A stretch of 62,669 nucleotides of DNA, the filler included, from Thelocarpon superellum (Eukaryota), in NCBI GenBank assembly GCA_026025795.1. It is 2 parts of 2 records of this genome, joined end to end, with 100 filler letters (N's around TTAATTAATTAA, not from the genome) between each part and the next. Parts side by side here need not be neighbours in the genome. Positions count along the whole stretch, not along the records: positions 1 to 31,373 come from JAPEUG010000193.1; 1 more part is not named here. One strand, given 5' to 3'. Position 1 is the stretch's first letter. The number at the start of each line of letters is the position of its first letter. Below, in pieces: positions 1-12,814 of the stretch. The position numbers were made by a program, and so were the translations under genes. The notes beneath the pieces were generated by a model. That model was not told the origin of the DNA. It saw only the letters and a program-made list of their open reading frames with translations, and did not search any database.

Positions 1-140
1 ACAGGAGATGGGAGACAGGAGATGGGAGACAGGAGATGGGAGACAGGAGATGGGAGACAGGAGATGGGAGACAGGAGATGGGAGACAGGAGATGGGAGAC
101 AGGAGATGGGAGACAGGAGATGGGAGACAGGAGATGGGAG
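1..140. repeat. Minisatellite, 10 perfect copies of 14-bp ACAGGAGATGGGAG (may continue upstream of the window)
   Basis: Read directly; explains the repetitive MGDRRWETGDGRQE ORFs. Confidence 0.97.
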
Positions 141-539
141 AGTGGGGGCATGCACACAGAATGGGGTGACTCGTTCGCGGCTCAAGCCTGCACCGCCCGC
201 AATGACTCGACGAAGGTTATCCTGAATGATCTGACGGCAGCTTGGATGTCAAATCGTCTCCAGGTAGAGCATCAGTGGCCCTGAAAGCATCCTGTCATGG
301 GCGGCACTTTGGTGCACCGACCCCTCGGATTGATTTCCTTTGGCCGCTGAAAGAACACAACAGAATTGTTGGAAAGATTGCAGACTTGAGTTGCGTCGCT
401 TCCTCCAGCACCAAGTAACGCGCCTTCGCACAATCCTCGGCCCTACGATTTGTACCCAGCGAGCAATCAACACCACGATGAGGATGCCATAACATTGGCC
501 CTCGTGCTTTCCGCTCTACTGGTTCACCTCCATCCCTTC

Positions 540-1220
540 ATGGCCCAACCCAACATCTTCGTGCTTGCTGCAGATGGAAACGTCTCCAAGCTCCTCCCCG
601 TCCTCCGCACGAATCCCGCATTGGCGGCATCGCAGGACGCCCATGGCTACTCGCTGGTGCACGCCGCCGCATCTTACGGTCATGTGGACTTATTACGGAC
701 GTTGCGCAATGAGTTTCACGTAGAGGTCAATCTGACCGACGAAGACGGCGAAAGTGCCTTGTTTCAGGTCGAGGAGGTGGAGGTGGCCCGCGTGCTGGTG
801 GAAGAGATGGGAATCGATCCGCACACGCGGAATGTGGAGGGTGCGACCGCTGCGGAGAAAATTGAGAGCGAGGGAGATTATCCCTTGGTCGCCACCTACC
901 TCCGAGGACGAGACGGGGCAGCGTCTGCTGCGGTGCCCACCGAGACGAGTACGCCAGGGCCAGCGGCACGAGATGGTGTGACGGTGCCTCTTACGCTGCC
1001 GCCCAACGTGTCCCTCAACGTCGGCACATTGAATGCACTGGGCGACCTTGGTGGTGAGGAGACGGTCGATCCTACGTTCAAGAAGCGCATCGAAGACTTG
1101 GCCGCTCGGGATGACTTTCACGACGAGACTGGGCAACAGGAACTGAGAGATCTGATCACCGATGCCGTGCGTGGTCAAGCGGCGGAGCAGGATCGAGAGG
1201 TACGCCGGCGGACTGAGTAG
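540..1220 (+). CDS. Ankyrin-repeat protein (YCR051W-like fungal family)
   Basis: ATG at 540 (MAQPNIFVLAADG). Ankyrin motifs DAHGYSLVHAAASYGHVDLLRTL and DEDGESALF. C-terminal VDPTFKKRIEDLAARDDF..ELRDLITDAV. Single exon. Confidence 0.85.
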   Translation: MAQPNIFVLAADGNVSKLLPVLRTNPALAASQDAHGYSLVHAAASYGHVDLLRTLRNEFHVEVNLTDEDGESALFQVEEVEVARVLVEEMGIDPHTRNVEGATAAEKIESEGDYPLVATYLRGRDGAASAAVPTETSTPGPAARDGVTVPLTLPPNVSLNVGTLNALGDLGGEETVDPTFKKRIEDLAARDDFHDETGQQELRDLITDAVRGQAAEQDREVRRRTE

Positions 1221-1543
1221 CAGGAATATGCGATTCGCCTGGTGAGGAATCTGGTAGACGAGATAATACAAATACCTCCGTCTGGCTCTTTATGGGTACA
1301 TCGTCGTCCATGGGTCCTCCAAGTCATTGAATGCCTTCTGCATCACGTCCCATTAAGCCATTAACCTTTCGGCAATATTCTATGCGTGCGTGACGGAAGA
1401 GAACGCCCGTCTCTTCGATTCTTCGAGGAGGCTGGATGCGAGTCGCAGAAGCCAACTGGGGCCAGGGCGTTGTGCAAGCCCAAAACAAGGGGATTCCAGC
1501 GCCAGGCCAGGTGTGAACGCCTAAGGTGGGTAGATTCGACGTG

Positions 1544-2163
1544 TCACAGGGCAATGGCGAGGGCCAAGATGCCAACGGCGCCGGCGATGCAGGCCGACAG
1601 GGTGCCACTGGGTCGGGCAGCATGGCCAGTGAAAAGCGCTGGGGACGACGAATTGGCCGACGCGTTGCCAGCTGGGGCCGCGGTCGGCGCCGGGCCGGCG
1701 ATCAGCGAGTAGATGGAGTTCCATTCTGACTGGGCCGCCGGCGGCAACGTGTCGAACCAGGTGGGCACTGCGCCAGCGGCATAGGCCGTCTGGTACTGCG
1801 CGAACAAGGACTCAATGGCCGACGGATTCTGGAACGCGGAATCCAGCGAGGACGGGATGGCGGCCACGACGGTCGAGGGCAGCGCGTTGAAGAGACCATC
1901 GAACTCCGAGGCCAATGCCGAGGCCACGCCGGGGATAGCACCCAGCTCCGACGTCGCCGAGGCCAGGGCCGCCGGGTCCGTGGCAATGGACAGACTACGG
2001 TGGGTCAGTGAAGTGTCTCGGGACGAGGCCGCAGGTCGTGAGCTTACATGAGGGATGTCTCTGCCGGATTCAAGCCCAGATCAATTCCTCCCGACACCAA
2101 GCCTTGGCTCGACACCAACGGTGCCAGCGAAGCAAGAGCGACGAGGAGGCGTTGATTGTGCAT
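1544..2163 (-). CDS. Small secreted, probably GPI-anchored Ser/Ala-rich cell-surface protein (2 exons; intron 1995-2047)
   Basis: Signal peptide MHNQRLLVALASLAPLVSSQ. GTAAGC donor, CTGAC branch and TAG acceptor join in frame to ILSIATDPAALASA..PTWFDTLPPAAQSEWNSIYS. Hydrophobic C-terminus GAVGILALAIAL* after a FTGHAARP spacer. Confidence 0.8.
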
Positions 2164-4432
2164 GGCGGCGATGGCGGATGCAGGTCGGAAGCAATATGTC
2201 TGATGAGAAGCTGCCGTTGGCGGAGGGGGGAAAATACCAGATGATGATATAGTCGAGGGGTCAGACTGGCACACAGCCTGGGAGATGACGTTGGTAGGCA
2301 AGACTGGACTGCGACGGGACTACTTGTATCTCTCCCCGGCGCAGTACGGCACTGCTCGACGGAGGTGCCAACAAGTCCAGCGTCCAGCGCCCAGCGGGCT
2401 GAGGTACCGGCCCCCGCGCATCCTCGTCCTCGCACTCGGTCCGTGCATAGCCCTCACACACACGCACACACACACCCACGGCGACGTCTGATGCACACGT
2501 CCATGGCATACCCGTGCCGCACCGGTTCAGGACGCTGATGGGCGGCAGGGAAATATTGGGGGTTGGATTGGTTCCTGATGCCGAAGCAGAGGGCCCACGC
2601 TGCCTGATCGGGGAGGAAGCTAGAGCGACGATAGTAAGGCTGTTTGGATCCCGGCCAGTTACGAGGGGCTTGCCACGCCTCCCTTCAGGTCCCAACCTGG
2701 TCCCACCTCGTGTCGATCGGGAGCTAGGTTCAGTTGACGAACAGAGGCGGGATCGTCAGCTCCCCGGATGATGTGATTGGGGGCGGGATGCAAGCGACGC
2801 GGCTCGCGCAACATAAGCTTCATCACGCACAACGCCGACGGTAAGGGACCCAACCCAAGTTGGGTGGGAAGGGGCAGGTTTTGGCGAGATTTGGTCGGGG
2901 TTGAGTCGCAACCAACGTCGAGACGAGATCACCGTTGAAGCGCCGGTTCGCGGGGAGCTATCACCGACTATCTATTGTACGGGTGCAATTGGGCCAGGAG
3001 GAGGCTATGATCAGGGTCAGTAGTGGTGGCGGATGTGCAAACTAAACAACACGACTCCTGGTGCGCGTCCGGTGATCCAGGATGTCGTCCAAACCATGTG
3101 TGTGCAAACTCGACTCGATCCCGCCTTACTAAATTACGGGTGGCCTGTGTCTCAGCCCCACGGCCACAGGCAGCGACAGCGACGACAGCGGCGACGCTGC
3201 GACAGCCGGGGCTGTATGCAGAGTCGCCTCACCCAGCACCCCGCGCCGCGCCCCTAACACTGCCATCCTGACGTGGGAAAGTAGGGTGCGCTCCGCCTGG
3301 CATGTTTGCTTGCCGACTTTAATTACACGAATCTGTCGGTCGGATGGGAAGCGCCAACAGCCCGGTCGCAATCTGCCCGTTCGGCGAGATCGACCAAGCA
3401 GAACGAAGACGACCAAACGTCATTCATCCGCCCCGCGGGCCACCAATCTTGGTTGCGTGTAGCGCAATTCGTCGGTGCAGCCGGGCCGCCTCCACCACCA
3501 CCAGCCACGCACCCTCGCTAGCCCCATGATGGGCAAGAGGAAGGGGATGATCGGACTGGTCGCCATCCCGTTTCACTATTGACACATGATCGCCGGGATC
3601 TGGCCAGAAGTAAAGCGGTCTCGCGGGCTTGCGAGAATCTGTGTCATCTTTTTGTACGAATGTTGTGGTAGATCACGGAGAAGGTCCGTTTGCGGATACG
3701 GAGTGCATCCATGTACTCGCAGTTTCGCATGTCTTGTTTTGGTTCTCTCGGATACTGTGTGCGAAACCAGCGCGAGTCCTCTAACCGTATGATCGACGCG
3801 GATTCGAGATCGACACCGATTAAGATCAAATCTCTTGACACCTGTCAGACATGCTGCGTAACCAGAACGTATCTCTCTTGCAGGCCATTTATCTTCACGT
3901 GGGTCGCTTCCTCCACGGGCCGGCGCTGCACCATGGAATGTGAGATGTGAGGTGGGACATGTGGCCCGCCAGACCTGCAAGCCCTGGAAAGGTGCTTGCG
4001 AGCCACGCGCAGTGTCTCGCGGTGCCAGTCGCTAAGAAAATCTCCTTTGTCTCCTTTCGAGCACGAAGACACTCAAGTCACATGGGATTTTGATATATTT
4101 TGAGCACCCGGGTTGAGCCAGTTGCGCGGTCTCGCATCGGTGTAAGTGTTCGGTCGCTCCCTCAACATCTATCAGGCCAGGCGGTGCGCCTCGCCGTAAG
4201 GATATGATAAGTCATGTGATTGATGCACATGGTCACGTGACCAAACAACAATATCTGTGTAGAGGGAGCGAGGCAGCAGCTAGTAAAGGCTCAGCGTTCA
4301 ACTCGAGTATCATGACGGAGTCAAAGATCAGTCTTGCAACCCTATTGCAACACGATCTCGAAGCATACAGACGACATCTCCTGATTCCGCCTAGCTCGAC
4401 TCTTCGCCGTCACAATGAGAGTGTAGCACCAT

Positions 4433-5324
4433 ATGGCCGCCCAAACCGAGCCCGAGATTGTGTTGTACGACTTGGCCTGCACCAAGAACGTCTGCTTCTC
4501 TCCTGTTGTCTGGCGCATCCGTCTCATGCTTAACTATAAGCGTATTCCTTACAGGACCATCTTCCTTGAGTTTCCAGATATTGAGCCCACGCTGAAAGGG
4601 CTGTGAGTTACACTCGCCTCCTTGAGCTTTTCGTTCTTCACCTCTGGCCCCGTTCCCTTTCTTCCCTTCGCTTCCTTTTCATATCACATTGCACGAGCTC
4701 AAAGCCCTCTGATCGCGTGTAAGGGAGTCTTCTGACCTGAATTTCCCTAGCGGCTTGGTCCCTGGCGAATCCGTTTCGGGACATCAAATCAAATACACGG
4801 TCCCCGCTATCCAGCACGTGCCGACCAACAAGTACATGATGGACTCGGCCCCCATTGCGCAGTTTCTCGAGTCGACATACCCGGACCCACCGGTGCCGCT
4901 GACGTCGGAGCTGGGCCGCGAGATCGAGGCCAAGGCACGCGCTGTGGTCGGCCTGACCTTCCGCGCGTCGGTCATGCCTCGTGAGATTGGCATCCTGTCG
5001 CCGCGCGCACAGGAGTACTTCCGGCGCACGCGCGAGGCCGCGCTCGAGTATCGGCTGGAAGACCTGCTCGACCCGGACAAGGAGGAGCAGGCGTGGAACG
5101 CGGTGGGCGATGGCATGCGTGCCATCGGCGAGCTAATGCGGACGCACAAGGCCGACGGGCCGTTTATACTGGGTGCCCGGCCAAGCTATACCGATTTCTT
5201 CATTGCAGGGTCTCTCCAGTTTGCGAGGGTGGTGGATGAGGGGGTGTTCCAGCGGAACATCAAGTACCCTGGTTATAAGGAGCTTTACGAGGCATGTCTG
5301 CCTTTCATGGAGAAGAGAGGTTGA
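4433..5324 (+). CDS. Glutathione S-transferase-like protein (2 exons; intron 4603-4750)
   Basis: Exon 1 MAAQTEPEIVLYDLACTKNVCFSPVVWRIRLMLNYKRIPY..EFPDIEP. Exon 2 carries YTVPAI..MDSAPIAQFLESTYP (GST N-domain) and GPFILGARPSYTDF (C-domain). Confidence 0.88.
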
Positions 5325-5759
5325 ATGGGCGAAATCGCAGGGCGAGCCACTACTTGGGTCTTGTATTTGGGATCATGAAGGCCCTCGCGCGAGTCAAGAG
5401 ATCTTACCTGACAGTGGTGGTCAAACAATGCAAAGCTGTCGTATGGCAGTACAGCTAGCTGGAGCTTTATGGACGACACCGCTCCGGATACGTGGGGGGG
5501 CGAGCTAGTGATTTGCTGAACAAGCGACAGCCGAGGTGGAGAGAAAAAAGGTCGACCCCACCAAAATACGTCACTCTGTGCTCATGAAGTAGACCAGCGG
5601 GAAGGTAGAGGCGCTGATAAATCCAGTTCTTAGCCACACTTCATCTTCCGTGCCGTGGGCGAGATCTGAGTTCCTCGAGATCTGTCAATGTTATCCAGAA
5701 CCGCCAGAACTGCCGCATCCCGTCTGTCATTGCACTCGAACCATTTCCACGTCCGCACG

Positions 5760-6986
5760 ATGGCAACCCAACATACCAAGTTCAAGCTCAACACTGGCGC
5801 CGAAATTCCTGCCGTGGGATTTGGCACCTGGGTAGGTGGCCCGTGGTCATGATTGGGAATGCACGCCGCCCATGCTAAATGGTTCCACAGCAAGATGCCG
5901 ACGCCCAAGAAGTCGCCGTGCTAGAGGCCCTCAAGGCCGGCTACCGCCACATTGATACGGCGAGAGTGTGAGGGCGATTGCCGAAAGGTGAAGTACTGAA
6001 GTTGACCGTTATCACAGTTACGGGACGGAGCCCGCAGTGGGCAGAGCGATCAAAAAGAGTGGGATCCCTCGCAATGAGCTCTTCGTAGTGACCAAGGTAT
6101 GGCGTGATCTCCGGCGGGGCCTACCGAACGCAACGCTAACCCCACCAAGCTTTGGAACAACTCGCATCACCCGGATGAAGTTGAAGCCGCGCTCGATGCA
6201 TCTCTGAAAGACCTCGATACGGACTATGTCGACCTCTACTTGATGCATTGGCCCGGTGCCTTTGCGGCCGGTAGCGCCTTGATCCCCAAGGATGAGAGTG
6301 GCAAGGTGAAGACGCGAGACATTGACTACGTTGATGTGCGTTCCTAAAGCCTTGCGACCTGTGATTGTCCCTAATCGGTGCTAGACGTACAAAGCCATGG
6401 AGAAGACGCTCAAGCACGGCAAGGCCAGAGCCATCGGCATCTCCAATTTCTCCAAGGCCGAGGTCGAGCGTCTTTTGAAGGAATCCACTGTGGTCCCTGC
6501 CGCGCATCAGATGGAAATCCACCCTTGGCTGCAGCAGAAGTCGTTTGATGAGTTTCATAAGAAGCACGGCATCCACATCACCCAGTACAGTCCGTTTGGC
6601 AACCAGAACGAGATCTACACCAGTGGCAAACACCTGGGCAAGCTTCTGGACGACCCTACCATCGTACAAATCGGCAAGAAACTGAACAAATCGCCCGCTC
6701 AGGTGGCTCTCGGTAGGCTACTCCCCTCCCGAATTTTCGAGAACATATTCCTGCGGCAGCTCCGCTGACGCGAGAACCGCACCACGCAGCATGGGGCGTT
6801 GCACAAGGCCACAGCGTGATCCCCAAGTCAAAGACGCCCGAGCGGATCCGAGCGAATCTAGACGTCGACTTCAAGCTGTCGCCCGAGGACCTGGCGGCAC
6901 TCAACGGCTTGGACAAGAAAGTGCGCTTCAACGACCCGTCCTCCGGCTGGTCGTACAACTATTATGCCGACTTGGATGGGAAATAG
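5760..6986 (+). CDS. Aldo-keto reductase (GCY1/glycerol dehydrogenase-like), about 6 exons
   Basis: [74 protein letters not shown] motifs across GT-AG introns. Confidence 0.93.
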
Positions 6987-7140
6987 CCTGCCATAATCAT
7001 AGCGCACCAATACCATGAGAGATGGTTGAGGGGAGAGAACTGCACATTGGCGATTGATGGACCTGAAGAGAAGTGTGATTCGCACTCGTAGTTTCATGGT
7101 AGGGCTAGTACTACACCATCCACGCAACGAGCCGACGACC

Positions 7141-7926
7141 CTAAAGCCGCTGGCGACGATGCCGCTCGACAGTGGGACCAAGAAGCCAATCCAGGAGGGT
7201 AGGCCAGAGTTCAAGCTTGGGCAGCGTCTCATCCCGCCCATTTTGAGCCTCCTCGTCCTTCTGCTCCGTCTTCTTTGTCTTCTTCCGCGTGCGAGTCCAC
7301 GCCAAAGGAGCCGTAGACGTCGGCGTCAGCAGTGGCGTTGGCAGCGGCCGTCCCATTCGTGATCCTGGCATGCTCTGCTGACGCTCCTGATAATGATGGT
7401 GGTGGAGATGGAGGGCATAAGGCGAGCCCTGTGCAAACGTGTGCCGCGCCTCCGACCGGGACGCTCCCTGGGCATATGTGTGCACGGGCTGTGGGCACTC
7501 CTGTGGATAGAACGTGGCAGGCAGGGCGGGCGGCTGGGCGTACCCGCTCAGAGGAGCAGGCAGGGAGGTCGGCTGACGGTGGGCCTGCAGAGGAGTAGGC
7601 AGGGTGGGAGCCTGGTTGTGTGCGTCTAGAGACGCGTGCAGGGCGCTCGCCTGGTTATAAGCGGACGGTGGAGCTGCCGCCGCCGCCGCAGCCTCGGCAG
7701 CGAGGTGGCGCTCGACGACGCGAAGGGGCCCGCCCACGCCTTGGAGCGTGTGAAGTGCAGTAAGAAGCACGCGCATGGCTTCTAGCTTGCCCGCGCGTTG
7801 GGCCGGGGCGCCAGGGGCCGCGTGGTCGCGGCGGAGCATGCTGCTCGGCGCCGCGGGCACCTCGTCTGGTCCACACCATATCAGGACAGGCGCGTGTGCG
7901 TCGTTGCCAATCCGGTAGTAGCGCAT
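7141..7926 (-). CDS. Hypothetical Pro/Ala/Gln-rich protein (start uncertain)
   Basis: Open frame of about 261 aa from ATG 7926. Internal A-P/S-x-x-A-(Y/H)-N-Q-A repeats, His run and basic patch RTRKKTKK. No recognisable domain. Confidence 0.4.
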   Translation of the reverse strand: MRYYRIGNDAHAPVLIWCGPDEVPAAPSSMLRRDHAAPGAPAQRAGKLEAMRVLLTALHTLQGVGGPLRVVERHLAAEAAAAAAAPPSAYNQASALHASLDAHNQAPTLPTPLQAHRQPTSLPAPLSGYAQPPALPATFYPQECPQPVHTYAQGASRSEARHTFAQGSPYALHLHHHHYQERQQSMPGSRMGRPLPTPLLTPTSTAPLAWTRTRKKTKKTEQKDEEAQNGRDETLPKLELWPTLLDWLLGPTVERHRRQRL

Positions 7927-8599
7927 GTGGTCGGCTTCAGGCACTCGGTGGGACCAGGGGGAGAGGGAAAGGAAGAAGAGGAAGTAGGGAGGTGTTTGAG
8001 GGAGAGCCCCCGTGGACTGAGAGCGGTATGGCTCGGACTTTGGGCTGGGGAGGCTTGACTTATGGGAGGATTATGCCGTGGGGATGGTGGACGTGGCACG
8101 CAGTCATCTAGGCGTAGACGTCATAGGTTTATCTTTGGAACAGGGGAGGAGAAGCGGCTGGCTTGAAGGGAGGAAAGGATAGCTGGGGAAGGAGGAGGAG
8201 GAGGAGGAGGAGAAGGGGAAGGGTTTGAGGCGGACGCAGAGGAGAAGAGTAGAGGCATGATGGTCGAGCCAGTATAGACGGGTCTCTAGTATCAATAGGA
8301 GATAGTGAAGGTGGATCGTCGACCACCTTCTCTTGTCGAGATTATCGTCGTGTTGTCGATGAAGCTGGGGAAGGGTTAATGTCTAGCATTTCGTCGTGGA
8401 TGATGAAATGAAATTCACAGGCACCACGTCGCGCATTCTTGCTGCAGAACTTCAGTACATGATCAAGCTCTGTATATCATTAACACGCGCCGTCTGGAAT
8501 CATGTCTGTATGACCTACCTGCTATGGGAAGGGACAGTAATCACCATGGACTAGGTGTGGGACGGAATCAACAGCGCCACCAACTCCACCTTGGTCCCC

Positions 8600-9383
8600 T
8601 CAATCATCGTCGTCGTCTGAAGCGTAGTCCAGCCCGAGGAGCCCTCCCGTCGCTTTGGGCGCAGTGCTCGACAGTGCTGGAGCGGGTCTTGCGGGCGACG
8701 CGGCGTCCGCTGTCGGGCCAGGCCTCTCGCTCTTCGGTCGCTGCTCCTCCTTCGCCGGCTCTGAGACGGGAGACTTGTCCCGTGACGCCGACGGGCGACG
8801 GATCTTGACCCCCTTCAACGGCTCCGTCTCCGCGCCCTTCTTCCGCTTCCTCCCTTTGGTGACCCATTGCTCTGGCATCTGCTCAGGACTCCCTTCACCA
8901 CCCACGCCAGCACGATCGTCGGAAAGCAGCAAGGCCTTGTCAGCCTCGTCCTGCTGGCGACGGAAGACGTCCAACTGCTCCGTCGTTTCCTTCTTCACCG
9001 CCTCCTCTTTGGCCCGGGTGGACTCCAGGACGGAATCCAAGAAATCGACCTCATCTTCGTCCAAGGACCGGAATTGGTTCTTCAGGCGAATCGACTCTTC
9101 AAAGGCTTCCTGCTTGGCGGCTACGTGACGCGAGAGGCAGCTGACATGTCAGCCTGTGGCGATGCGGACTGAAAGTGGGGGCAAGCCAGGGGGCCTCTGG
9201 CGCGCCTGATGCCTCACCCTTGTTGGCCTGCAGCGTCTCAAAGAGGCTCTTTTCCCCGCCTTGCCGCGCCTCGTCCTCCCGTCGTCGTCGGTTGGCTTCA
9301 ATCTCTTGCTTGGCCTTCTCCCAGTCGTCGTTGGTCTTGACAGGGTCGTCGGACGTCCCGGCCGAGACGAAGCCCGAGGACAT
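8600..9383 (-). CDS. FAM192A/NIP30/Fyv6-family nuclear protein (intron 9121-9217)
   Basis: MSSGFVSAG..KSLFETLQANK|AAKQEAFEESIRLKNQFRSLDEDEVDFLDSV signature; ends GLLGLDYASDDDDD. Confidence 0.88.
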
Positions 9384-9655
9384 GTCGGGTGGAGATGAAG
9401 GGGCGGATTGTTCACTTATGCTTGCGGCATATTGATGATAGGACGTTGAGCTTTTCAATGTAAGTTGCAGCGGACGTCACGCGATACATTCCCTTGCCAC
9501 CCGTCTCTCCATCACCACCATCACACCAGCCACGCTCCGGGCGCTCAAGCTACGTGACTAACGCAAGAACCCGGATGCCTCTTTGACATTTCACCGTGAT
9601 CGGGACAATGCTACAAATGGCTACTGTACAGCAAACCAATGAACAAGAGTCGAGA

Positions 9656-11009
9656 CTACCGCTTCCGCCTGGTCTGCTCGAATCCGTCGAGAACGGTCTT
9701 GGCCACCTGGTCCGTGATGCCACCGCTCTCTCCCGGAGCAGCCTCCAACTCGACCTGACCACGCGAGGATTGCTCGGTAGCGGCGGGGATGGCCGAGTGT
9801 CCAGGCGATTGGCCGTGGGCATGGGCGGCCTTGATCTGGCTGTCGTTGACCTTGCCAAAGACGGCCAGGGCGCTGGCGATCATGCCACCCAGGTCGCCAA
9901 CGTTGCTGGGCACAACCACCGCCGTACCCTCTTTCGCCAAGCGGCCAAAGGCGTCGACGTACTTCTCGGCGACGGTCAGGCTGAGCGCGCTCTGGCTGGA
10001 GTCGCCGTTGCTGGCAATCGTCTGTGCGACGGCCTCCAGACCCGCCGCAGTGGCGCGCGCCTTGAGGAGGATGGCCTCGGCGTCTCCGCTGGCCACGTTG
10101 ATCTGCTCCGCCCTGAGCGCCTCCGAGGCCAGGATAACACTCTGCTTCCGGCCCTCGGCGATGTTGATTGCACTCTGGCGTTGCCCTTCGGACTCGAGGA
10201 TCTCCGCCCGCTTGCTACGCTCGGCCGTGACCTGTCGGTGCATGGCTTCCACGACGCCGTCAGGGGCATGGATGTCGCGAATCTCGTAGCGCAGACATAC
10301 GACGCCCCACGCTTGGGCGGCCTCGTTGATGGCTTGCGTGATGTTCGTATTCAGCGCGGCCCGCTCCTTGAGCACGTGGTCGAGCGAGAGCTGCCCGATC
10401 TCCGAGCGCATCGTCGTCTGGGCCAACTGCGAGATGGCGTACTCGGCATCCTCCACGCCATAGCTGTGCCAGGTCAGCAGGCCGACTCGAGCATCCACGC
10501 ACACAGTCCTACCTCGCCTTGTATGCATCAAAGATGCGGGTGTAGAGTACGCCATCAAGCTCGAGGGTGACGTTGTCGGCCGTGATGGCGCTCTGGCTTG
10601 GAATCTCCATGGCCGCCTCCTTCAAGCTCCTGACGTAGGCGATGCGGTCGAGGCCGGGGATGAGCAGGGCCAGTCCGGGTTCCAGAATGCGACTGAATTT
10701 GCCCATGCGCTCCACGACCCACGCCGTCTGTTGGGGCACGAAGCGGATGATGGTGTTGGCGGGTAACCGCGGCCGTTGGAAGTACGTCGACGGGACATTG
10801 GAGCCGGTCGATGCGGTAGGGCGAGGTGTGGTCGAGAAGGTCCTGGCATTGGATCGTGGCCTTGACGCAGAATTACCACCAGCATCGCTGGCGGAGAGAC
10901 ATCGACAGGTGCGAGCCGATGCGATCAAGCTCGAGGTTGAGGGAGATCGCACCGAGCGAATGACGGAGCGCAAAGGAGCACGCATCATCCCTCGAGCGGG
11001 TTCCATCAT
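9656..11009 (-). CDS. Mitochondrial stomatin-like SPFH/Band 7 protein (STOML2-type; intron 10464-10512)
   Basis: Arg/Ser-rich presequence. RFVPQQTAWVVERMGKF, IPSQSAITADNVTLELDGVL, LAQTTMRSEIG, QVTAERSKRAEILESEG, AEKYVDAFGRLAK. Confidence 0.93.
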
Positions 11010-11445
11010 GAAGGAGCGAGCTTGCCACGTCCGCAACGTGGCGTGAGGGACATTCGTCGATGGACAAAGGACTGAAGGCAAGAGCCTTGGGGCCTTCGCG
11101 TGGATGACGACGGAATTCGGCACCAGCCACACGAGAAATCTTGGCGGCTGACACGAGCCACAGGAGGCTCCCCCGTCGAACATGAATCACCCCAGACATC
11201 GCCCCCACGACGCCGATCTCACCCAGGTACCCCAAATCTCTTGTCTTGTCGCATCGCATCCTATCGCGATGGATCTTCGATCTCAACGTCTCTGCGGGCA
11301 AACTTGACGATCATGTCCCCTGATCGCAGATGTTGTGAAGGCTTTGCGGGCCGTGAGCTGCAGTGACCGTACGAGCAACGGGGACAGGCTCTTCCGCCCA
11401 TTCCTACGCCACCACGTACGCCACCACCTACACCGACCACGTACC

Positions 11446-12432
11446 ATGTCTGAGTACTGGAAGTCCACGGTGAGCTGCCATACAACTTGGAATGGTCGCT
11501 CGTGTCAAACTAACTTTACGTCTCTCTAGCCTAGATACTGGTGCAAACATTGCAAGACATATGTCCGCGACACCAAAATCGAGAAACAGCAACACGAGGC
11601 GACGCCTAAGCATCAAGGCAACTTGAAGCGCTTCCTACGCGATCTCCATCGAGGCCAAGAGCGGGAGGAGCAGGACAAAGAGCGCGCCAAGCAAGAAGTA
11701 GAACGGCTGAATGGCGTCGTCTCGGGGAATCGAGCGCTGGCGGAGGCGGGGTCACGCAGTCTGGTTCCGCAACGAGGACGTCCGACGCCGGCGAAGCCCC
11801 CGCCTCGACCGGTCACTGCCGAGGAGAGAAAACGACAGCTCGCCCAGCTAGCGGACATGGGCGTCGCCATCCCGGACGAATACCGACCCGAGATGGCCAT
11901 GACGGGCGAGTGGCAGACCGTCTCTCAGACCATCGTCCATCTGGGGACGGGCGATGCACAGCATGGGAAGGACGCCAAGCCCATCGAAGGCCAAAACATC
12001 GGCGTCCGAAAGAGAAAGCGGACCGGAGAAGCTGGTGACGTTGAGGACGATGACGCTTCAACCGACCCGACCGACCGAACCGCCAAAGCCGCGTGGGGCT
12101 CTACGATCAAAGTCTATCCTGGAAGTCAACCAGATAGTGACGACCTCGATCGTCTGCTACAACAAGGGCGATCGCGGGCCGAGCCGGGCGAGGCCAAGCA
12201 CGAGCCGGCTACGGAAGGTCCGGCCCATGCTGGGATGCCCGGTGCCGACCTGGACCCCGCCGAAGCAGCAGGAGCGACGAAAGAAGCTCATCCGGCGACT
12301 CTGCCGACGCATACGACCCCTCCCATCAAGAGAGAAGACTCCGGGCGGACATCCCCTGGCTCAGCGGCGGTCCAGGAGCCGCAGGTGATGTTCAAAAAAC
12401 GCAAGCCCAAGCTCATCCGCCAAAAAGGATAA
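11446..12432 (+). CDS. U1-type (matrin) zinc-finger protein, WBP4/FBP21-like (intron 11470-11529)
   Basis: MSEYWKST|PRYWCKHCKTYVRDTK..HEATPKHQGNLKRFL; C-terminal VMFKKRKPK. Confidence 0.87.
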
Positions 12433-12814
12433 AGCGGCGAGAGATTCCATGGCGAGACCGTTCAGAAGCCAGCAGGGTACTAGCGTCGCGATGGAGATGG
12501 ATGAACTGTGGGATCCCGTCTTTTCGCTCGTTGCGACTACCCGACAATGACGTCATCAAGCGCCGTTTCGGCTTCGACGATGCTCCTCATCTAATGGTGG
12601 ATGAGACGAAGAATTGTCTCGTCCTCGTCATCGGTGACCGCGCTGACCAATTGAAAAAGGTGGGGTCGTCAACCAGATATGTAGCCGCTGTCACGGCCCG
12701 ACGCTGCCCCCAGCGTTCGCACCATCTTGCATGTTGGCACCTGAGAGCTTCTGTCCCTTGAACATCCCGCCAACCACGCTTGTAAGAAGAATCCGTGACT
12801 GATCGCCAGCGACG

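Noticed and set aside
22..284. MGDRRWETGDGRQE repeat ORFs
   Set aside because: Translation of the 14-bp minisatellite.
9596..10570. Long antisense ORFs (also 16201-17268, 19134-20474, 38758-39876, 58912-60117)
   Set aside because: Shadow frames opposite real GC3-rich genes; no domain signal.
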